A DNA stretch of 64,000 nt from NCBI RefSeq assembly GCF_964355755.1, contig NC_092670.1:9228201-9292200 (forward strand), given 5' to 3'. Each line of letters opens with the position of its first letter. Position 1 is the stretch's first letter. The stretch is from Antedon mediterranea. Its lineage: Eukaryota; Animalia; Echinodermata. The position numbers and the translations under genes were made by a program. The notes beneath the pieces were generated by a model, which searched no databases, was not told the DNA's origin, and saw only the letters and a list, made by a program, of their open reading frames with translations. Positions 14,601 to 27,278 of the stretch are shown here, piece after piece.

Positions 14601-16330
14601 TCAAATGGATATGTAAATGAATGAAACTAAATTAGAATATCAAATGGATATGTAAATGAACGAAACTAAATTAGAATATATCAAACGGATATGTAAATGA
14701 ATGAAACTAAATTAGAATATCAAATGGATATGTAAATGAATGAAACTAAATTAGAATATATCAAACGGATATGTAAATGAATGATCTAAATTAGAAAATC
14801 AAATGGATATGTAAATGAATGAAACTAAATTAGAATATATCAAACGGATATGTAAATGAATGATCTAAATTAGAATATCAAATGGATATGTAAATGAACG
14901 AAACTAAATTAGAATATATCAAACGGATATGTAAATGAATGATCAAAATTAGAAAATCAAATGGATATGTAAATGAATGAAACTAAATTAGAATATATCA
15001 AACGGATATGTAAATGAATGAAACTAAATTAGAATATCAAATGGATATGCAAATGAACGAAACTAAATTAGAATATCAAATGGATATGTAAATGAATGAA
15101 ACTAAATTAGAATATCAAATGAATATGTAAATGAATAAAACTAAATTAGAAAATCAAATGGATATGTGAATGAACGAAACTAAATTAGAATATATCAAAC
15201 GGATATGTAAATGAATGATCTAAATTAGAATATCAAATGAATATGTAAATGAATAAAACTAAATTAGAATATCAAATGAATATGTAAATGAATAAAACTA
15301 AATTAGAATATCAAATGGATATGTAAATGAATGAAACTAAATTAGAATATCAAATGAATATGTAAATGAATAAAACTAAATTAGAATATCAAACGGATAT
15401 GTAAATGAATGAAACTAAATTAGAATATCAAATGGAAATGTAAATGAATGAAACTAAATTAGAATATCAAATGAATATGTAAATGAATAAAACTAAATTA
15501 GAATATCAAATGGATATGTAAATGAATGAAACTAAATTAGAATATCAAATGAATATGTAAATGAATAAAACTAAATTAGAATATCAAACGGATATGTAAA
15601 TGAATGAAACTAAATTAGAATATATCAAACGGATATGTAAATGAATGATCTAAATTAGAAAATCAAATGGATATGTAAATGAATGAAACTAAATTAGAAT
15701 ATCAAATGGATATGTAAATGAATGAAACTAAATTAGAATATCAAATGAATATGTAAATGAATAAAACTAAATTAGAATATCAAATGGATATGTAAATGAA
15801 TGAAACTAAATTAGAATATCAAATGGAAATGTAAATGAATGAAACTAAATTAGAATATATCAAACGGATATGTAAATGAATGAAACTAAATTAGAAAATC
15901 AACTGGATATGTAAATGAATGAAACTAAATTAGAATATCAAATGGATATGTAAATGAATGAAACTAAATTAGAATATCAAATGGATATGTAAATGAATGA
16001 AACTAAATTAGAATATCAAATGGAAATGTAAATGAATGAAACTAAATTAGAATATCAAATGGAAATGTAAATGAATAAAACTAAATTAGAATATCAAATG
16101 AATATGTAAATGAATGAAACTAAATTAGAATATCAAATGGATATGTAAATGAATAAAACTAAATTAGAATATATCAAACGGATATGTAAATGAATGAAAC
16201 TAAATTAGAATATCACTGAATATGCAATGAATGAATAAATAAAACAATTAACTTAACCTACAGAGTAGGACTAAATTAGAACATCAATCAAAATATGCAA
16301 ATAAATGAATTTAAACTAAATTAAAATATA
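11690..16330. repeat. About 4.6-kb tandem array of a 39-bp unit (38/41-bp variants), roughly 110 copies, with higher-order structure
   Basis: Unit gaaactaaattagaatatcaaatggatatgtaaatgaat (period 39, e.g. 12001 to 12040). An interrupting block containing cctacagagtagg recurs at 12300, 13573 and 16257. Confidence 0.97.
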
Positions 16331-19300
16331 AATGAGTATTTAAACAAGTGAATGAGTACAGTAAATCTAATTGAGTTTCAATGAATATTTAAACAAAATA
16401 TGTATCAATGACTGAACAAAACTAAAATAAAATACAATGAATATTACAAACAATGAATTAATCACTAAATGTATAAATTAAATAGAGGTAAAGTTATGAT
16501 GTATGCATTTTATCATAAACAAAGGAATATTTAAAATAATAAAAAGTAACAGGAAAACAATGTGAAAATTATATGAATGATTGGATAGATAGAATGTTCC
16601 TGTATTGATCATAATTTCGATGAAGATTCAATTATGAAAATCTGAATATGCATTATTCAAATTTCAAACATGTATTTCTTTCAAAAGAATGGATAAGTAG
16701 ACATGATTAATTAATGAAATGCAGAGTCTTTTATATAAAAATACCATACATAATTAATCAAAGAAACTTATTTTGCAAAATGAAGTTTATCAACAAGTAA
16801 ATAAAGGAATGAATGATTGATTGAATTCTGTAAAGAAGGGATCAATGCGATTTTGAAGAAATAGTGCACAAATTTAATGAGGGAATTACATCGTAAAGCC
16901 TCTATTAACAGAATTGGATCAGCTGTTGTAAATTTTCTGTTCTACAAACATAATTCTCTTCTTCTCCTCATGATATAAACAATTCAACATACAGCTACAG
17001 TAAGCCGAACTATGTATTGTTTTTGCCGAGTACCCAGAAGACCTAGATTTCAAGTTGAACTTTTTGAAAATTTTAACCCTTTGACTTAATTGAATAGCCA
17101 AAGATAATATAGAGAAGATTGTACAAGAATTATTGTAATAATTGTTTCGTTGGTTGCCGATATGAATTTATTGACAAATTGTCATTTCTTGTGTATGATG
17201 TATAACAGAATGAAGTCGGCATGTTTTATTAACTAGGTAAGTTGCAAAGCATGTTTTCCAGTCTTGAATTGCGTTGAATTTACCAGTTTCAACGATTTTA
17301 CAGGAAAAGATGGTAAAAATAAATGCTAGAAATCTTTAAAATCTGCAATCGTCATCAAATTTTGTGAACAAAATATGTATGTTGTAATATAGTGTGTGTT
17401 GAGGTACTGACTTGTAATGAGGACTCTACTCGCTTGACTGCAGTAACACATATATTGTTTAATTCTGATAATTCTTGAATGTTACAACACGACAATGTTT
17501 TCACCTTTTTGTACACTTAAGGTCTAACTAAATTATAATAAAAATGCAAAATCAGCATAAACATGTCCTAGGCTAGATTGCAGCATCCAGAGTTATCCCA
17601 GCAACAAACAAATAGAACTAAAAAAAGCAAAAACAATCACTTTAAAATGTGTAAATATAGCAGTCTGGCTCGATCATCAGCATCATCATTAATATTTATT
17701 CTCAACTTTAAAGATTTGAAAACTCAAAGTAATTTAACGTTGAATGGAAAACGGTTTAAAGCGTCTTCTTAGTCCCCATAATTTATAGATCCACTATTTT
17801 TCTTGTTTTAACAACTGTGACATAGAGTTTCTTTGATAATATAGTCAAGTTTTCAAGTGTCTTTCAAATAACACCAGAACATTCAATTGTAGAGGGGATC
17901 CGTTTACAGCTGTTGATACCTCCTTTGTATCTTATTGTCATGACATAACCATTATTTTACTGCCACCTGTTTGATAATAGTTATAGATTATGTTCAATGT
18001 TGCAGTCAACTTTGTAGCCTTAGATGAGAGCTAATTTCCTTTTTTTCTGTTGGCCATTATGAAGTTTATTACAAGTCAGAAATAAGGCAGTGATTGTTTT
18101 AGAGAGTAGTCTCCACTGTAGATAATGAAAAGGTTTATGGGTTCTGTAGATAGGCAGAAGAGCATACCAAATGTATGTATGTACTGTAAGTACTTGCCAT
18201 TTGATTGGTTAATTTCATATCACATGCCATTCTTTATTAGTTCTAATGCACAACAAAAAAGGTAATATTAAATAGTTCATATTTCATGTTAACGTTTTGT
18301 AAACATTTTTTTCAATGCAAGGCTGGCGACTGTTGCCAACCTGTCGTGTGTATATTCTGTTCTTATCATACTTCTCAGTGTGGTATGGAGGGTCATGTGA
18401 TCATTGACCTGTAAGTTAATCATTCATGGAAACCAAAACTTTACACCAATGAACTACATTAAGAAACATGGCTGTTATTAAGTCTAATGTTATCTTTCAT
18501 GAGCATAGAATCACAGTTAGTTAATCACTGTTAGCTAGAACAACATTTAGCCATGAGGCAGTCATTTCCGTCTATTCATTGTGGCAATATTTCCTGCATT
18601 AGTGTTGGAAGAAATTGATAATAAATTGGGCTAATTAGAAAGTAACTTTGAAAGTATGATTTAAATTTGCAGCATCGTGTAAGATTTTATTTTCATTAAT
18701 TTCTCTAATGAAGAAGAATTTCTATAAATAGTAATTTTAGTTCTTCTCCAAGCTTAATATACCAAATGTCAATCAGTGTAGAGTCTTTTCTGTCATTTGA
18801 TTTTTATACGGATGCAAGCCTGGATTATATTTAGACAGTTTGCAATATATTCTAATTTGATAATGCTGATTTTTGAAGTATGTTTTTATGTGTTTATTTG
18901 GAAAGCATGGATTTGTTGTATATACACACAAGGATTACTAAGTATTTTTATGGAAGTTGAATGGTCGGATGGTTAAATTCATACGAGAAAAAAAAATGAA
19001 GTTTATCGTGTGTCAACAAATATCGTTTTAGTGATTTCAAAGTAGTAGACCCTCTATAAAGAGGAGTGTCCCTTGAGTAGAGATTGAATGTATCTTTTAA
19101 ACCTACAGTATTACAGATTATTTGTTAATTCATAGCAAATGTCTCCTGAATAGGGTTGTCCTAAAAAGAGAGTTAATTCTACAGTACTACAGTTAAAGTT
19201 AAGAAATACAATATAGAAAATAATTGTTTTAGGCAAACTTATGGTAATACATGAATGCAAATTATGATGAATAAATGAACAGCTAAATGATTCCAACCAG

Positions 19301-19464
19301 GAGGAAACCTTGTCTCACTGGGATCCATACTTAACTTGAGACATACAACTTTATGTACCCTACAGTGATCTCAATAGTGAAGTTTTTTTATATTTTTTCT
19401 TTCTTATGATCTACATGTGTGGCTTGGTAGAATAACTGGAAAACATTTCATTTCCATATTTCAG

Positions 19465-19541
19465 AGTGAAGAACAAGAAAGTAACATTCACTGTCAATTC
19501 AAAGTACAACAACTCTGCATCAGACATTGCATCTAAAGCAG
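19465..19541 (+). CDS. PTPRN2: Coding exon (77 nt, phase 2-1) of the IA-2/phogrin SEA-like domain
   Basis: Acceptor tttcatttccatatttcag|, donor CAG|gtaaga. Reads (R)VKNKKVTFTVNSKYNNSASDIASKA, comparable to IA-2 VVGPALTFRIRHNEQNLSLADVTQQA. The N-x-S sequon (NNS) is at the equivalent position. Confidence 0.85.
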
Positions 19542-19974
19542 GTAAGATTTCATAACTTTCTGATGGATGTCATTTTTAAAAATTCAGATGTTAACCTGAT
19601 TCCCCGGAGCTTATGGGGGCCCCTTGGTTTAGCCAGTGAGTGCTCATAGCTGTTACTCCACCAGAGGAAAAAAGACATTAAATAATGTCGAAAATGTCTA
19701 AAAACGCTATTTGGAAGGCCACTTTGTGTTCCTAAACCAGGAGCTTCAGGCCTCTGCATTATGCCACTGATGCTACTAAGTGTTCTTTGTGTTTCATTTC
19801 CATGTTCTTCTGATCTTGTTTCTTCTCATTGAGAGCGATTGAAGAAGGGCAGTTGTGAACCATATTACTGTTACTCTGTGCCATTTTATCTTTATTTAAT
19901 TCTTCTCATCGTGTTACTAATTCTTACTGGATGTCATTGGAGAGAAGGGCAGTTGTGAAAAAACTACTGAACCG

Positions 19975-20265
19975 AGTTTCCATATCTTCTTTCTTTTATT
20001 CCCATATTCTTCTTTCTTTCATTTCCATATTCTTCTTTCTTTCATTCTCATATTCTTCTTTCTTTCATTCTCATATTCTTTCTTTCATTCCCATATTCTT
20101 CCTTCTTTCATTCCCATATTCTTCCTTTTTTCATTCCCATATTCTTCCTTCTTTCATTCCCATATTCTTCCTTCTTTCATTCCCATATTCTTCCTTCTTT
20201 CATTCCCATATTCTTCCTTCTTTCATTCACATATTATTCTTTATTTCATTCCCACATTCTTCTGA
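19975..20265. repeat. Pyrimidine-rich 23-bp minisatellite nested in a longer degenerate repeat (about 19800-20430)
   Basis: tttcattcccatattcttccttc, period 23 (20106 to 20129). Flanking ttctgatcttgtttcttc...gaagggcagtt blocks are repeated. Confidence 0.9.
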
Positions 20266-20530
20266 TCTTGTTTCTTCTTATTAGCATCCATTGGAGAAAG
20301 GCAGTTTTAAACCATTAGTACTAAAACTGAGTTCCTCTTCCCTTCTTTTATTCCCATATTCCTCCCATGGGTGCTATTGCAGAAGGCAGACGTCAACAAA
20401 ATTAGTTTTACTGATCTTGTTTACTTCTTGCTGGACAGTGAGCCAACTTTCCTAGTATAATTTTAAGTACCTATGGAGTTACTTAACTCTGTTCTGAATA
20501 TTTTATATATTTTTATTTGTATGTTTTATC

Positions 20531-20600
20531 GAGGGCCCTATATGATCAGTTTCTTCACTGGAACTGAATAGGCCACCCTCATTGGTAATAAATAAATAAA
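20531..20600 (+). mobile_element. 3' end of a CR1/L2-type LINE (stem-loop plus tail)
   Basis: gaggg...tcagtt...aactga...ccctc hairpin followed by a (TAAA)n tail. Confidence 0.45.
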
Positions 20601-23600
20601 CAACATTGCTTATTATTTCATTTTTATCATTTAGAAATGCATTTAGCAATCACTACAGTTTTTCACTTAAGCACTTCTTAACTATCTTGACTTAATTGAA
20701 AATATTGATAAATGCCAACCTTTGCAGCTAAATCGGCCCTAGGACAAATAACTGAAAAGACTGCAAGAAATGTTTTGACTTAAGCAAAAAGATTAATAAA
20801 TGCCAGGCATTATGCATACCAAGTAATTATGAAAAACCCTATCTTTCTGTTTAGCATTCTTATGGACATTTTACTTGTATTCTAAATATGTCATTGAGTT
20901 TGTGTTGTGATTTAACGATTGAATAACCATTTGTATTTACAATCAAGACAATGACGAATTCTAATCATGTCGATAGTGTAAGCAGAGTTCTGTATTGACA
21001 GCAAATCTTCATTATTTAATCGCGAATGCCCGACAGATTGTACGTGTCATCTGCGTATAGGAAACCGTATTGATTATTGCACTTGACGCAGCCTTTATTG
21101 TTTGTATTACTAAGACTGTTGAGCTTTGTATATTCTACACACTCCTTCATCATAAGGCGACGTGGCTTAATCAATGGCTATAAAGTAATGTTGTATTTTA
21201 TATACTTACTTGGCGGTATTAAAAAAAATGTCATTGCATAGGTCATTCTTGAGGTAAAAGATTAAAGATACACATCTGTCAAACTGAAAAAAATCTATGG
21301 TAATTTTATTTTTCACGTGTGATGTAATGTAAATTAAATCTTATCTTTAGAATCCTATTGAAATTTTAGATGTTTGTCACCATCTTGTATATGGCTCTAA
21401 ATTCAATATAATTAACATCGTTAAACTATCTCATGTCACGCCTTGCTCATTACTGTCTCTCCGTAGGCTCTCAAGAATTATAATTAGCGTTCTGTAAACA
21501 GATGTGAGCTGCCATGCCAGAAAAGACAGTATATGTTGTGTTCATGATACTATGTGCATTTATCTTCTAAGCTCTAATTCACCAGTAATAGCATGTGTCC
21601 TCTTAAAATTGAATAAATTCATCCAAAGACTTAGTTTGAATGATATTTTTCTTATTATGTGAGGAAAAGTGAAATAACATTGACACTATAGTCACCCGTT
21701 TCATTCGCTGCTAACATTCTTGAGAAAGTGTGTTCACAACGCATGAACCATTAGGCGAGTTTAAATTTAAAAATGTTTCCTCTGAAGTTATTTTTTTCCT
21801 TAAAACTTCTCCCAATCCCGGCTGCTCTGGACACATTCTATTTTCAGTCTCGTAATTTGGTGAAACAGTTACAGTACAATAAATACATGATATTGCTATA
21901 GATATATAAAATACTCTCATTGAAATTGAAGAGATGATGCTGTAGTTATGGCAAATAGAAAATAATAAGAGTATGACCAGCTTTAAGCCACACGTGAGTT
22001 CAATTGGCTTTCCTTACCCTGTACAGGATCGTACGAAGTAGGCCACCAGTATTTTTCTGCATTATTTCCCCTAATAATAAAATGCCTACTGCCCTCTATC
22101 ATTATATTTCTGTCATATGATATTCTACATCACCTTTTAATGGTTGTCATAAAAACCATAAACAATTATTTAAAATACCATTATCAATATTTTACCTTTG
22201 ATAAAATCTTTTATTTGATAATTTATAATAAATTTTAATTTATTTTATCCATCCTGTAATTGGCAAGTTTGTGCTCGCTGTTAGATGCGTATGAAATAAA
22301 AAAATAATATTTTTTACCTTTGATAATCCTTAGTTTGATAATTTCACAAGTTTAAAACACCTTGCATAATCTGCCTTCTTAATGTATAATCTGTTGACTT
22401 GTCATCCGGTCATGGCTTTCCCAGAATCCAAGTTATCCCCTGTGTATCATTGGTTTTCACATCATCATTGCAGAGGATGCAGTGGTCAAAATCACTTGAC
22501 ATTCTTGCGTAGGAGAGAAACAAACTACCCTACCTGACTGTAAATTTAAATATTATCTGATTCTCGTTGAGAGTTCTTTGTGCTGATTGACTTAATTCGA
22601 TATTTCACAAAATGTAAAGTCATCAGGATAAGTCATTAATTCCACATTATATAAGAGGCCGACTTCTAAAAAGGGTTCAAACCATTGAAATCATAAAATG
22701 AGAACATTAATAATACAATTAATATTAAAAGATAAATTAACAAACCAGACAGACAGGGGTAATTGCTATTAAAATTATTACACATTATACATCAATTGAT
22801 TAAAGAAAAAGTTTAAACAAAATAGCTTCCAATCTCTGTTATTGTTAATCTTAGAAATAACTTTCTAAGAATGAATGATCTATATTATAATGCTTTAGTA
22901 CTGAAGTCATTTGCAATCTCATGCCATTCACACTAAGGACATTTCATTTAATAAATGTGTTTTTATACAAGAATATAAGACGACACAGGTCGCAAAGATA
23001 TCTGACTTTATGAAAATCCACTGTATATAAAATCCATAATATATTAATATACCTTATTTTCTAATAATGATTTAACCTTACCACAAGGTATACACAAATT
23101 ACATTACTCCACCAAACATTATATTTGTTAGGAATTTATTAAAATATAGAATTTTTATTGTAGTATTAGTGACAGTACATTTGTAATCTTTGTCCCAACT
23201 CCTCTCTTTAGTTTTACATCATTGGTTACTCTGGGCTTTTCATCACCTAAACCTGCCACTGTTCAAACCAAATGCTATTGTTGCCTCTTTTACCTAATAG
23301 GTATATGCTTTCTCAATTTTCCTTGTTTGTCAAAAAGCCGGTTTCAACTGAATAAGTCACCATTTTAGCAGCGGGAGATTTGTGTTGGTGGGGAGATGGT
23401 GTTGATTGCAAATATTTATATTTTATGATAAATGGAAACTTTCCACCCAGATTTACCCTTTAAATATAATCCATCCATTTTACCAGCTGCAGGCCACTTT
23501 ATAGCAAATACTAATTGCCAGATAGTAGGTTAAATAAAGTTAAACATACTAAAACAGTGTAATATTTTGTCTATTTTTCAAGCTAGTTTTATAGCTTGCT

Positions 23601-24449
23601 ATTTGTTATAGAATAAATTTAACTGTCACTGAGATGCCTGTGGTCTTTTTACAGCACTGAGTAATTAGTGAAAGGGTTGTAGATTTTTGGATAAAAAATT
23701 TATTTTTTATGGAGGAGGAGTGACTTCTTGGATGTTCGAACTCTATCAACATTCAATTTCTAACGAGCGTGTCATGATGATGTCATACAGTTGGTCATTT
23801 ATATTTATTTACACTTGCCAGATGAGAGGTAAATTAATGCCTAAAAGTTAAAGTGCGTCAAGGAAATGTTGCAAGGTGAATCATTTATTTATAAAAATGG
23901 AGGAAATTAAATTAAACTATTTACAACTTTTATAGGGACCTCTCTTTATCAAAGTAAAATTGTGAAAGAGTGTAAAAAAACAAGTTGTTTTGAATGTTTT
24001 ATGAATCCGTTTTTAGTTTCCTTTGAAAAAAGCAAGAGAAGCCAATCTTAAATAAACTATTAATATTCATATTCTGTATTTGAAATTCAGTAAAACAGTT
24101 GATATATTGATATAAAGATGTCAAGAAAGAAACTAAGTGATTAATCAATGCAATCATTGCTCACATTTGCAAGGTTTTTCCATTATTCATGAAATCAAAC
24201 CAGGTAAATTATGACATAAAATCACAAGATAAACATTCATTGATTAATTCAAATTCATTTAGTTTGATTTCTTAATGGTTTATCAATCAAATAATTAAGT
24301 GTAATCAATCAGTAATATTATATTCAATGAATTACATTTGGTTTCAGTGATTTTTAGTAAATTGAATTGATGGTATCGTTTTTAAAATTCGATCATACAT
24401 AACCAGTCATTAGTCAGTTTTATTAGGTACAGTAATCTATAATTTGGTT

Positions 24450-25510
24450 AGTCAGAATCAGTCAAACTATTATATTTTGATTTGTGAGACTACAAATATC
24501 CTTCAATTCGAGAAGATTGTCGTTTGATCGTTCAGACTATAGTTCGATCAAATCGACTATCTTTCAATAAATAGTCGGACTATCTTTTAATTTATTATTC
24601 AGACTATCTTTTGATGTAGTTAAACTATCTTTTGATTTAGTTAAACTATCTTTTGATTTAGTTAAACTATCTTTTGATTTAGTTAAACTATCTTTTGATT
24701 AGTAAGATTATCTTTTGATTTATTCAGACTATTTTTTGATTCGTGAGACTGTCTTTTGATTCGTCAGACTATCTTTTGATTAGTCAGACTGTCTTTTGAT
24801 TTGTATCAGACTATCATTCACGTTACTCAGACTATCATTTGATTTACTCACACTATCTTTTGATTCGTCAGACTATCTTTTACGTTAGTCAGACTATCAT
24901 TTGATTTAGTCAGATTATCTGTTGATTTAGTCAGACTATCTTTTGAAATAGTCAGACTATCTTTTGATTTGTCAGACTATCTTTTACGTTAGTCAGACTA
25001 TCATTTGATTTAGTCAGACTATCTGTAGATTTAGTCAGACTATCTGTTGATTTAGTCAGACTATCTTTTGATTAGTCAGACTATCTTTTGATTAGTCAGA
25101 CTATCATTTGATTTACTCACACTATCTTTTGATTCATCAGACTATCTTTTGATATAGTCAGACTATCTTTTGATTAGTCAGACTATCTGTTGATTTAGTC
25201 AGACTATCTTTTGATTAGTCAGACTATCTTTTGATTAGTCAGACTATCTTTTGATTAGTCGGACTATCTATTGATTAGTCAGACTATCTATTGATTAGTC
25301 AGACTATCTATTGATTCGTCAGACTATCTTTTACGTTAGTCAGACTATCTTTTTATTTAGTCACACTATCTGTTGATTTAGTCACACTATTTTTTGATTA
25401 GTCAGATTATCTATTGATTAGGCAGGCTATCTTTTGATTTAGTCATACTATCTTTTGATTAATAGTCACACTATCTTTTGATTAGACTGTCTTTTGATAT
25501 AGTCAGATCA
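24450..25510. repeat. Tandem array of a 20-21-bp unit with a palindromic core TAGTC-A-GACTA
   Basis: ttagtcagactatcttttga repeated about 45-50 times, degenerate at the 5' edge. Confidence 0.95.
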
Positions 25511-25545
25511 TACAGTTAGACATTTATTATAGTTGACTGTCATTT

Positions 25546-27278
25546 GGTCAGTTTACAGTTCAACTATCATTCAATCAGAGCAGTTAGTGTTTCCAATATA
25601 GGTGGAATAGTCAGTGATCAGTCAGTTTACAGTTCAACTATCATTCAATCAGTCGAGCAGTTAATGATTCCAATATAGGTGGAATAGTCGGATGATCAGT
25701 CAGTTTACAGTTCAACTATCATTCAATCAGAGCAGTTAGTGTTTCCAATATAGGTGGAATAGTCGGATGATCAGTCAGTTTACAGTTCAACTATCATTCA
25801 ATCAGAGCAGTTAGTGTTTCCAATATAGGTGGAATAGTCGGATGATCTGTTAGTTTACAGTTCAACTATCATTCAATCAGAGCAGTTAGTGTTTCCAATA
25901 TAGGTGGAATAGTCGGATGATCAGTCAGTTTACAGTTCAACTATCATTCAATCAGAGCAGTTAGTGTTTCCAATATAGGTGGAATAGTCAGTGATCTGTT
26001 AGTTTACAGTTCAACTATCATTCAATCAGAGCAGTTAGTGTTTCCAATATAGGTGGAATAGTCGGATGATCTGTTAGTTTACAGTTCAACTATCATTCAA
26101 TCAGAGCAGTTAGTGTTTCCAATATAGGTGGAATAGTCGGATGATCCTTTTAGTTTACAGTTCAACTATCATTCAATCAGAGCAGTTAGTGTTTCCAATA
26201 TAGGTGGAATAGTCGGATGATCTGTTAGTTTACAGTTCAACTATCATTCAATCAGAGCAGTTAGTGTTTCCAATATAGGTGGAATAGTCAGTGATCTGTT
26301 AGTTTACAGTTCAACTATCATTCAATCAGAGCTGTTAGTGTTTCCAATATAGGTGGAATAGTTGGATGATCTGTTAGTTTACAGTTCAACTATCATTCAA
26401 TCAGAGCAGTTTAGTGTTTCCAATATAGGTGGAAGAGTCGGATGATCTGTTAGTTTACAGTTCAACTATCATTCAATCAGAGCAGTTAGTGTTTCCAATA
26501 TAGGTGGAATAGTCGGATGATCTGTTAGTTTACAGTTCAACTATCATTCAATCAGAGCAGTTAGTGTTTCCAATATAGGTGGAATAGTCAGATGATCTGT
26601 TAGTTTACAGTTCAACTATCATTCAATCAGAGCAGTTAGTGTTTCCAATATAGGTGGAATAGTCAGATGATCTGTTAGTTTACAGTTCAACTATCATTCA
26701 ATCAGAGCAGTTAGTGTTTCCAATATAGGTGGAATAGTCGGATGATCTGTTAGTTTACAGTTCAACTATCATTCAATCAGAGCAGTTAGTGTTTCCAATA
26801 TAGGTGGAATAGTCAGTGATCTGTTAGTTTACAGTTCAACTATCATTCAATCAGAGCAGTTAGTGTTTCCAATATAGGTGGAATAGTTGGATGATCTGTT
26901 AGTTTACAGTTCAACTATCATTCAATCAGAGCAGTTAGTGTTTCCAATATAGGTGGAATAGTCGGATGATCTGTTAGTTTACAGTTCAACTATCATTCAA
27001 TCAGAGCAGTTAGTGTTTCCAATATAGGTGGAATAGTCAGTGATCTGTTAGTTTACAGTTCAACTATCATTAAATCAGAGCAGTTAGTGTTTCCAATATA
27101 GGTGGAATAGTTGGATGATCTGTTAGTTTACAGTTCAACTATCATTCAATCAGAGCAGTTAGTGTTTCCAATATAGGTGGAATAGTCGGATGATCTGTTA
27201 GTTTACAGTTCAACTATCATTCAATCAGAGCAGTTAGTGTTTCCAATATAGGTGGAATAGTCAGATGATCTGTTAGTT
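25546..27278. repeat. Homogeneous tandem array of a 75-bp unit (about 23 copies)
   Basis: Unit gatctgttagtttacagttcaactatcattcaatcagagcagttagtgtttccaatataggtggaatagtcggat, period 75 (25801 to 25876), with 74-bp variants. Confidence 0.97.

Noticed and set aside
11750-16210. Each 39-bp unit reads as a mini-ORF ATG...TAA (MNETKLEYQMDM*), or as a long repeat protein if TAA were reassigned
   Set aside because: Frequent 38- and 41-bp variant units break the frame, and nothing else suggests a non-standard code in this animal gene. Most likely a coincidence of AT-rich sequence.
16990-17050. YCFCRVP motif resembling the start of a PHD finger from a transposon
   Set aside because: No further Cys/His pattern or extended reading frame could be found.
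24450-27278. CRISPR-like array (palindromic repeats)
   Set aside because: Units are head-to-tail without unique spacers, there are no cas genes, and the context is a eukaryotic intron.
25546-27278. 75-bp unit (25 codons) as a coding repeat
   Set aside because: All three minus-strand frames hit stops within the unit, the + strand is stop-rich, and 74-bp variants shift the frame.
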